Positions 14,589 to 21,118 of a stretch of DNA of 21,118 nucleotides are shown piece by piece. Numbering within the stretch: position 1 is the first letter of the stretch; the number at the start of each line of letters is the position of its first letter. A program made the position numbers and the translations under genes. The DNA is from Candidatus Rokuibacteriota bacterium (GTDB lineage: Bacteria; Methylomirabilota; Methylomirabilia; Rokubacteriales; DASRDR01), in assembly GCA_044866005.1 (NCBI GenBank), contig JBIOTN010000027.1:1-21118 (forward strand), in the 5' to 3' direction. The notes under the pieces were generated by a model. It was not told where the DNA came from and ran no database searches. It saw only the letters and a program-made list of their open reading frames with translations.

Positions 14589-16913
14589 ATGGTCAGGACA
14601 TCTCCCCGCGCGTCGCGGGTGGAGCTGTACGCGCGCTACGATCGCTGTTTCCGGCATCTCGCGGAAGCCCGTCTGAAGTTCCTCCCCCTGGACGGGGTCC
14701 TGGGCGTGGGCTGCGGCCTCAAGGAGACGGCGGGGCGACTTCTGCCCGACCAGCCAGCCATCCTCGTCTACGTGGCGGCGAAGAAGCCGCGGAACGCCGT
14801 CCGCCGGAACGCCTTGATCCCGCCCGAGTTCAAGGGCGTCCCGACGGACGTCGTGGTGCCGTGGCGGCGCGCCGCGCGGAAGCGGCGCAATCACGACTTC
14901 ATGTGGCTGGACTGGGGCAAGATCCATGCCCGAAACCCGGCCCGCGACGTCGGCCTCGCGCCCACCGCCGACTACGATCTGGACCACGTCGCGGTTCTGG
15001 AAATCGACGACACCTTCATCATCGACCAGAACGGCACGCTGTTGATCGACTGGGTGAAAGCCGTGAAGCGCTTTCTCCAGGCACACCCGGACGTCTTCGA
15101 CTTCATCACGTTCTACCTCGATACCGCCAGCGGGCTTCCGTACCAGGGCTCCTGGCACTACGGCGTCTACAACAAGACGAAGGGCATCAACTATTACGCC
15201 GGCTCGAACCTGAACCAGCGCGGCACCTACGGCAGCGCGACCCTTCGGGCGTTCCATTCCATCGGGGGGTTCGGCAACTCCGTCCTGCTCCAGGAAACGG
15301 GACACATGTGGGGCGCCTACGTGCGCAATCGCGACACCGAGAACGGCGCGAGGCAGTACGATCTTCTGATCGGGACGACGCCCGGCAACGACATCTACCA
15401 CTGGGGCCGTTTCTTCGACGACGATCACTCGCCGATGGACTACGACGGAATCGATTGGGAAGAGCTCGGAGGTAACCAGTTCGCGGCGCACGGGGTGGAG
15501 GACGACTTCTTTCATTTCTGCCCCCTCGACCTCTATCTCATGGGCCTCAGCCCCGCCGGGCAGGTCGGCCCCTTCTACGTCATCCAGGACCCCTCGGACG
15601 TTGCGGGAACCATCACCGGCACCAAGAAGGACATCACCGTTCAGAACGTCATCTGGGCCGAGGGCGACCGCGATCCGGCGTATCCCGAGACGCAACGGGT
15701 GTGGAAGCACGCGTTCGTGCTGCTGACGTACGACGCCTGGGCGTCGCACGGCATGGCCCAGGACGTGGCCGCGCAGCGCCGGCGGTACACCTGGCAGTTC
15801 TACAAGGCGACGCGCTTTCTCGGCAACGCAGACACGTCGCTCCGCCCGTACACGCTCTTCCCGGCGATCCGGGACGTGTCCCTGGCCGCCGATGACGACC
15901 GAGCCATCGTGGGCTGGAAGACCTCCCTGGGCACCCGCGGGCGCGTGAACTTTGCCACCTCCCCGGCGGCGTTTCGCCGCGACCAGGCCCACACGGAGCC
16001 CTTCTCGACGGCCCAGGAATCCAGCTTCGGGACGACTCATGGCCTCCTGCTCACGGGATTGAGCCCGAACACCACCTACTATTTCGAGATCCTCGCGGAG
16101 ACCGAGGACGGGTTGTTCGACCGGAACGGGGTGGAGGCGCTCTACACACGGAAGACGAACGACACGTGTGCCCCCGACATCAACAACGTCCTCGTCCGCC
16201 GATCGCGCTTCCTGGGCAGCTACAAAGTGACGGTCACGTGGAAGACCGACGAGCCGTCCGACAGCCGGATTTACTACGGGAACAGCGTCCCGCCCGGCCA
16301 GCAGGCCTACGACCCCTACCCGACGACCGACCACCGGATCAGGTTGAAGAATCTCCCGGCGGGAACCTCGTACATCAGCGTGGAGAGCCGGGACGCCGCC
16401 GGCAACGTGACGCTCGACGACAACGGCGGGAACTACTACCAGGTGCAGATCCCGGCCATCGCCCTGTCGGCCCTCGAGGCGACCACGCCCAAGGAGATCG
16501 TCGCGCGGATCGAGGACATCAACACCGCGATCGCGGCGGCCGATCTCTCCGGCGCGGCGACCAAGATCAGCCAGCTCGTCGTCGACGTGGTCGGCCGGGA
16601 GCTTGGCCACATCGCCCGGACCAGCACCCTCCCGGGAGAAGACATCGACGCCGGTTACGAGGCGCTGACGCTCCTGATCGGTCGATTGGACGGCACGGCG
16701 CGCGTCGTCGAGCGCGGCGGGGACTTCATCGATTTCGCCGTGGATCCCGAGCCGCTGTCCCTGATCACCTGCATCGACCTGCCGACCGACGCCATCGCCC
16801 AGCGAAGCGTGTACCCCGTCCTGCCCCGGCTGCTCTCCGGAGTCCGGCCCCGCGTGATCCTGGAGCCCCACCCGTCGCGGGGGCCGGGATACTACCGCCT
16901 CCGACGGGCCTGA
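14589..16913 (+). CDS. Large hypothetical protein: propeptide-like N-terminus, zincin-like metallopeptidase domain (QETGH), two FN3-like domains, unknown C-terminus
   Basis: ATG 14589 after GGAGGG. GVLGVGCGLK...PAILVYVAAKKP...IPPEFKGVPTDVV; LLQETGHMWG...YHWG...SPMD...PLDLYLMG; FN3-like HGLLLTGLSPNTTYYF and VTWKTDEPSDS.I.YG...H.I.L.NL...VESRDAAGN. Confidence 0.8.
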   Translation: MVRTSPRASRVELYARYDRCFRHLAEARLKFLPLDGVLGVGCGLKETAGRLLPDQPAILVYVAAKKPRNAVRRNALIPPEFKGVPTDVVVPWRRAARKRRNHDFMWLDWGKIHARNPARDVGLAPTADYDLDHVAVLEIDDTFIIDQNGTLLIDWVKAVKRFLQAHPDVFDFITFYLDTASGLPYQGSWHYGVYNKTKGINYYAGSNLNQRGTYGSATLRAFHSIGGFGNSVLLQETGHMWGAYVRNRDTENGARQYDLLIGTTPGNDIYHWGRFFDDDHSPMDYDGIDWEELGGNQFAAHGVEDDFFHFCPLDLYLMGLSPAGQVGPFYVIQDPSDVAGTITGTKKDITVQNVIWAEGDRDPAYPETQRVWKHAFVLLTYDAWASHGMAQDVAAQRRRYTWQFYKATRFLGNADTSLRPYTLFPAIRDVSLAADDDRAIVGWKTSLGTRGRVNFATSPAAFRRDQAHTEPFSTAQESSFGTTHGLLLTGLSPNTTYYFEILAETEDGLFDRNGVEALYTRKTNDTCAPDINNVLVRRSRFLGSYKVTVTWKTDEPSDSRIYYGNSVPPGQQAYDPYPTTDHRIRLKNLPAGTSYISVESRDAAGNVTLDDNGGNYYQVQIPAIALSALEATTPKEIVARIEDINTAIAAADLSGAATKISQLVVDVVGRELGHIARTSTLPGEDIDAGYEALTLLIGRLDGTARVVERGGDFIDFAVDPEPLSLITCIDLPTDAIAQRSVYPVLPRLLSGVRPRVILEPHPSRGPGYYRLRRA

Positions 16914-16949
16914 CCGTGGCCCGCGGGCACGGGCCCGCCGCTGACCGGG

Positions 16950-17870
16950 CTACCGTCCGTAGACGGGGGTGAGCCAGCGGCGGTAGTCCGGCTTTTCTCC
17001 CCGCACCACTGCGAAGTAACACTGCTGGATCGCCCGCGTGACCGGACCGGGCTCCTTTCCGTCTCCCAGCGGCAGCCGGTCGATCGACAGCACGGGGGTG
17101 ATCTCCCAGCCGCTCCCGCAGAGGAATACCTCCTCGGCGACGTAGAGCTCGGTCCGGTCCACCTCCCGCTCCACGGGCGCGAGGCCGAGCTCCCTCATGC
17201 ACAGCTCGAGCAGCGTCGCGCGCGTGACCGACTCCAGGATGTCCGCCGTGACGGGGGGTGTGATCGGAACGCCGCCCCGGACGACGAAGCAGCACGCCCC
17301 CGGCGATTCGGCCAGCTTGCCGCGCGCGTTGAGGAGGAGGGCGGTGTCGTAGCCGTTCGTCTTCGCCTCGAGCGTGGCGAGCCGGCTGTTCTGGTAGTTG
17401 GCCGAGCACTTGATCCGGGGCGGCATGCTGGTGTCCGAGATCCGCGTCCACGAGGAGATGCAGGCGGTCACGCCGGGCTCGTCGGTGAGCTTCCGCGGCA
17501 ACGCGTCCACCGCGAGCCCGACGGGCCCGGTCGCCTCGAGCCCGACGTCCGTGTCGAGGAGCGCCGACTGGCGGATGTGGACGTCCTCGCGGTACCCGTT
17601 CTTCCGCAGCACCTGGACGATCGAGGAGGTCAGCTCCTCGCGCGTGAAGCCGTGCTCCATCCGCATGAGCCGCAGCGACCCGTAGAGGCGGTCGATGTGC
17701 TCCTTGACGCGGAAGAGGTACAGCTCGCCGTGCGGCGCGCTCCAGTAGGCGCGCAAGCCCTCGAAGACCGAGGTCCCGTACTTGACGGCCGCCGACTGGA
17801 CGTGGATGCGCGCCTCGTCGTACGGCAGGATCTTGCCGTTCAGATAGAGATAGCGGGACGGTGTGGCCAC
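16950..17870 (-). CDS. ilvE: Branched-chain amino acid aminotransferase (PLP class IV)
   Basis: GTG 17870 after GAGGAGG. YGTSVFEGLRAY, RIKCSANY, ILESVTR, ELYVAEEVFLCGS..EITPV..ID, PGPVT. Confidence 0.88.
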   Translation of the reverse strand: MATPSRYLYLNGKILPYDEARIHVQSAAVKYGTSVFEGLRAYWSAPHGELYLFRVKEHIDRLYGSLRLMRMEHGFTREELTSSIVQVLRKNGYREDVHIRQSALLDTDVGLEATGPVGLAVDALPRKLTDEPGVTACISSWTRISDTSMPPRIKCSANYQNSRLATLEAKTNGYDTALLLNARGKLAESPGACCFVVRGGVPITPPVTADILESVTRATLLELCMRELGLAPVEREVDRTELYVAEEVFLCGSGWEITPVLSIDRLPLGDGKEPGPVTRAIQQCYFAVVRGEKPDYRRWLTPVYGR

Positions 17871-17985
17871 CGGGACGTCCTCCTCTTCTCGGTCTGCGGC
17901 CGGCCTTCTCGGCCTGGACCCGTCAGCCCAGTCTGCGCCAGCGTCCGCGCGGCGGCTTTGCCGCCGGCCCACCCACCGAGCCGAA

Positions 17986-18969
17986 CTATCGCCGGATGCG
18001 GGGGTCGGGCTGGGCCATGAGCTCCTCGAGCTCGCCGGGACGGACCAGGGCCACGTCACCCCACATCGTGCACTTGAGCGCCGCCAGGGCCGTCCCGCAG
18101 TCCTGCGCGTACTGGATGTCCTGGCTCGACAGGAGCCCGTAGAGAAAGCCCGCGGCGAAGGCATCCCCGGCGCCGACCCGGTCGGCGATCACGTCGAGCG
18201 CGTAGAGCCGGGTCGGCCGGTACACGCGATCAGCCAGCACGATGGAGCCGCGTTCGCCCAGCGTCAGGGCAACGGTGGCCTTCGGCGCCCAGCGCCGGAG
18301 GCCCTCCGCGACCGCCTCGGGGTCCCCGTCGAGGCCGAACACCCGGTGGGCGTCCTCGATGCCCACGAAGAGGAGGCCGACGCGCGGGAACAGGCTTTCG
18401 AAATAGGTCCGGGCGTCCTCCGGGGACCACAGGGCGGCCCGGTAGTTGACGTCGAGCGAGACGAAGACGCCGCCGGCGTGGGCTTCCTCGAGCGCCCGCT
18501 CCATGAGACCCCGCGGCTCGTCGCCCAGGGCCGGGGTGATCCCCGTCATGTGCACCACCCGGCTCCGGCGGACGAGGTCCCAGTCCACCTCGTCCTCACC
18601 GAGCGTGGTGAACGCGGAGTCCTGACGATCGTACAGCACGCGGATCGGCCGCGGGCCGACCCCGTACTCGAGGAAGTAGAGCCCGACGCGCCCCCGCACC
18701 CGCCAGACGACCTGGGAGACGTCCACACCGTGCGCGCGGATCTCGCGCCCGATCCGCTCCCCCCAGGGATTCGTGGGGAGCGCCGAGATCCACGCGGTGC
18801 GGAGCCCGAGCCGCGCGAGGGCGCAGAGGACGTTGGCCTCCGTGCCGCCGAAGGAGACATCGAGCTCGCGCGCCTGCTCGAGCCGCGTCGGCGCGCGGGA
18901 GGCCAAGCGCAGCATGACCTCGCCCAGGGCGGCCACGTCGAAGCGCGGTTCGCCCTCCGGCACGCTCAT
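17986..18969 (-). CDS. kdgK: PfkB family sugar kinase, 2-dehydro-3-deoxygluconokinase-like
   Basis: LGEVMLRL, GGTEANV...LARLG, GLYFLE.G..PR...V.YDR..SAF, DVNYR..LW, DRVGAGDAFAAG. Confidence 0.8.
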   Translation of the reverse strand: MSVPEGEPRFDVAALGEVMLRLASRAPTRLEQARELDVSFGGTEANVLCALARLGLRTAWISALPTNPWGERIGREIRAHGVDVSQVVWRVRGRVGLYFLEYGVGPRPIRVLYDRQDSAFTTLGEDEVDWDLVRRSRVVHMTGITPALGDEPRGLMERALEEAHAGGVFVSLDVNYRAALWSPEDARTYFESLFPRVGLLFVGIEDAHRVFGLDGDPEAVAEGLRRWAPKATVALTLGERGSIVLADRVYRPTRLYALDVIADRVGAGDAFAAGFLYGLLSSQDIQYAQDCGTALAALKCTMWGDVALVRPGELEELMAQPDPRIRR

Positions 18970-19040
18970 AGTCGCCGAGATGCCACGGTTCTGGGCATGT
19001 CCCTCACGTCACGGTCCGCCGCCGAACGCGCGGCCTCCAC

Positions 19041-19218
19041 GTCCCGGGCCGGGACGCGCGCATCGGGAGGGCACAGGGAGGAGGCGCGCCGAGGCGTATG
19101 CCGCATACGTCGAGGCACGCCGACGACCCCGGAGGCCGGGACGGCCGCGAGGCCGCGGGCCGAGCGCGTCCCGGCCGTGATGCAGGACGACCCGAGGCGA
19201 CGCGTATCGGCCCGGGAC
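19041..19218. repeat. Structured intergenic dispersed repeat, copy B (REP/MITE-like)
   Basis: Perfect 11-bp terminal inverted repeat GTCCCGGGCCG / CGGCCCGGGAC extending imperfectly to about 30 bp. Internal CGTATG-CCG-CATACG and GGCCGGGACG...CGTCCCGGCC stems. Homologous to 6636-6829. Confidence 0.82.
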
Positions 19219-19219
19219 C

Positions 19220-19984
19220 TCATGTCACGGTCCAGCCGCCGTCCACATACAGCGTCTGGCCGGTCATGTAATCCGACGCGGGCGAGGCGAGGAAGAGCAC
19301 GGAGCCGACCAGGTCCTCCACCTCGCCCGTCCGCCCCATCGGGATCCGGCGCGTCACCCGTTCCACCCAGGCCGGGTCGCCGAAGAGCGGCTCGGTGAGC
19401 TTGGTCCGGATGTAGCCGGGCCCGATCGCGTTGACCCGGACCCCGTGCGGGGCCCACTCGACGGCGAGCGTCCGTGTGAAGGCCGACACGCCGGCCTTGG
19501 TCGCCGCGTAGATGGCGCCCGTGGGCAGGCCGACGCGCCCGGCGATGGACGCGACCGTCACGATCTTGCCGCGCTCCTGCGGGACCATGATCCGGCCTGC
19601 CGCCAGCGCGCAGAAGAACGCCGCCCGGAGGTTCAGGTTCACGATGGTGTCCCAGTCCGCCTCGGTGAACTCGATGGCGGGACGGCGAATGTTCGTGCCC
19701 GCGTTGTTGACGAGGATGTCGAGCCGCCCGAGCTCCCTCACGGCGCGCGCGAAGAGCGCGGGAATGCCGTCGAGCCGCTGGAGGTCGATCGGGTGGACGA
19801 CGGCGCGGCGGCCGAGCTTTTCGACCCGTCGTGCCACCTGCCCGAGCGCGCTCTCGTCCCGGCTCGCCAGGACGAGGTCGCAGCCCGCCTCCGCGAGCGC
19901 GAGCGCCGCCGCCGCGCCGATGCCGCGGCTCGCGCCGGTCACGAGCGCGACGTGGTCGGTGAGGTCGAAGGGGGGCCGGGTCAT
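19220..19984 (-). CDS. SDR family oxidoreductase (gluconate 5-dehydrogenase / KduD-like)
   Basis: TGASRGIG, NNAG, YAATK, VNAIGPGY, SDYMTGQTLYVDGGW. Confidence 0.92.
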   Translation of the reverse strand: MTRPPFDLTDHVALVTGASRGIGAAAALALAEAGCDLVLASRDESALGQVARRVEKLGRRAVVHPIDLQRLDGIPALFARAVRELGRLDILVNNAGTNIRRPAIEFTEADWDTIVNLNLRAAFFCALAAGRIMVPQERGKIVTVASIAGRVGLPTGAIYAATKAGVSAFTRTLAVEWAPHGVRVNAIGPGYIRTKLTEPLFGDPAWVERVTRRIPMGRTGEVEDLVGSVLFLASPASDYMTGQTLYVDGGWTVT

Positions 19985-20048
19985 GCCGATCAGGCTACCC
20001 GCTCGTCGCGCCCGGCGTCAATTTTCATCGGCAGAGCCGCCCGGGCGC

Positions 20049-21062
20049 TCAGCGACGGCCGTGGCTCCCGCCGGCCAGGCGCCCGAACACCTCTGGGTTG
20101 ACACAGTTCGCCGGGCGCTCGCCGCGGAGCACCCGCACCGCTTCCTCGGCCACCCGCCGCTTGAGGTCGGAGCGCCCTTCCTCCGAGTACCACGCCGCGT
20201 GGGGCGTGACGATGACGTGCTCCATCCGGAGCAGCGGGCTCGCGGGATCGAGTGGCTCCTCTTCCGTCACGTCGAGGCCGGCGCCGCCCAGCCGCCCCGC
20301 GCGGAGCGCCGCGGTCAGCGCCGCCGTGTCCACGAGGCCGCCCCGCGCCGTGTTCACGAGGACGGCGGTCGGTTTCATCCGGCCGAGGGCGGGCGCCCCG
20401 ATCACGTGGCGCGTCTCGCGGGTCAACGGACAGTGGAGCGTGAGGTAGTCCGACTCCTCGAGGAGTCGCTCGAGCCCGACAGGCTCGACGCCCGGCGGAA
20501 ACTCGGCCAGATACGGGTCGTGGGCGACCAGCCGGACGTCGAAGCCGGCGAGCTTCCGCGCGACGCGGCCGCCGATCCGGCCGCAGCCGAGGAGGCCCAC
20601 GGTCCGCCCGGCGAGCCGGGCGATCGGCTGGACCTCGAACACGTTCCAGCGTCCCGCGCGGGTCTGCCGGTCCAGGCGCGTGAGCTTCCGCGCCAGGGCA
20701 AGGAGGAGCGCGACCGCGTGGTTGGCCACCTCGTCCGTGCCGTAGTCGGGCACGTTGGCGACCGGGATCCCTCGCTCCGTCGCCGCCTCGAGGTCGACGC
20801 CGTCCACCCCGACGCCATAGCGGACGACGACGCGGAGGCGCGGCAGGCCCTCGATCACTCGCCGCGTCACCCCGCCGTACTGGACGAGCAAGGCGTCGGC
20901 CTCGGCGCACTCCCGCAGGTACTCGGCCTCCGTCCGGGCGATCACCTGGCGGAAGCGCACGCCGGCGGCGCCGAGGACGCCCGTCTCCTCGGCGATGTTC
21001 GCGTGGTCGAGGCCGCAGATCAGGACGAACGGCTCGGCCGCCCGCGCCGGGGACGATGGCAT
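20049..21062 (-). CDS. D-2-hydroxyacid dehydrogenase (CtBP/SerA-like)
   Basis: RYGVGVD.VD, NVPDYG..EVA.HA, GCGRIG, LHCPLT, VNTARG, LDV..EEP, TPHAAWYS. Confidence 0.92.
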   Translation of the reverse strand: MPSSPARAAEPFVLICGLDHANIAEETGVLGAAGVRFRQVIARTEAEYLRECAEADALLVQYGGVTRRVIEGLPRLRVVVRYGVGVDGVDLEAATERGIPVANVPDYGTDEVANHAVALLLALARKLTRLDRQTRAGRWNVFEVQPIARLAGRTVGLLGCGRIGGRVARKLAGFDVRLVAHDPYLAEFPPGVEPVGLERLLEESDYLTLHCPLTRETRHVIGAPALGRMKPTAVLVNTARGGLVDTAALTAALRAGRLGGAGLDVTEEEPLDPASPLLRMEHVIVTPHAAWYSEEGRSDLKRRVAEEAVRVLRGERPANCVNPEVFGRLAGGSHGRR

Positions 21063-21118
21063 CGGTCGGGACCGCGAGGCGCGCCCCGGCTCAGGCGGGC
21101 GGCGCGGGCGTGGGCGTG

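Noticed and set aside
14484..16871. 795-aa minus-strand ORF
   Set aside because: Antisense shadow of the plus-strand gene. No motifs, and long stop-free antisense frames are expected at high GC.
19990..20028. 12-aa mini-ORF MKIDAGRDERVA between two dehydrogenase genes
   Set aside because: Too short, with no SD or other support.
21091..21118. Possible 3' end of an upstream minus-strand gene (TGA at 21093-21091)
   Set aside because: Only about 9 codons are visible, so it cannot be supported or identified.

Overview
Very GC-rich bacterial DNA (Rokubacteria/Methylomirabilota-like by gene content and repeat style; this is inference) with about 21 genes, mostly metabolic or housekeeping. In order: CoA-transferase (partial), enoyl-CoA hydratase, rhodanese, Ldh_2 dehydrogenase, PIG-L deacetylase, DinB-like protein, acyl-CoA ligase, D-cysteine desulfhydrase, a Pro-rich secreted protein, a lipoprotein, a tandem ACT protein, PepE, Spy/CpxP, a UvrD helicase-nuclease fusion, FIST, a large metallopeptidase-like protein, IlvE, a KdgK-like kinase, an SDR and a D-2-hydroxyacid dehydrogenase. 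The main discovery is a gene missing from the ORF track (7819..8049, minus strand). It encodes an Rdx/SelW-family thioredoxin-like protein with two in-frame TGA codons at both redox positions (U-L-V-U instead of CxxU/CxxC), followed by a SECIS-like hairpin and coupled to the ACT gene. It is a candidate di-selenocysteine selenoprotein. Also seen: a two-copy structured intergenic repeat with terminal inverted repeats, repeated leaderless-type promoter geometry, a possible uORF coupled to FIST, and a QExxH metallopeptidase with unusual domain architecture.
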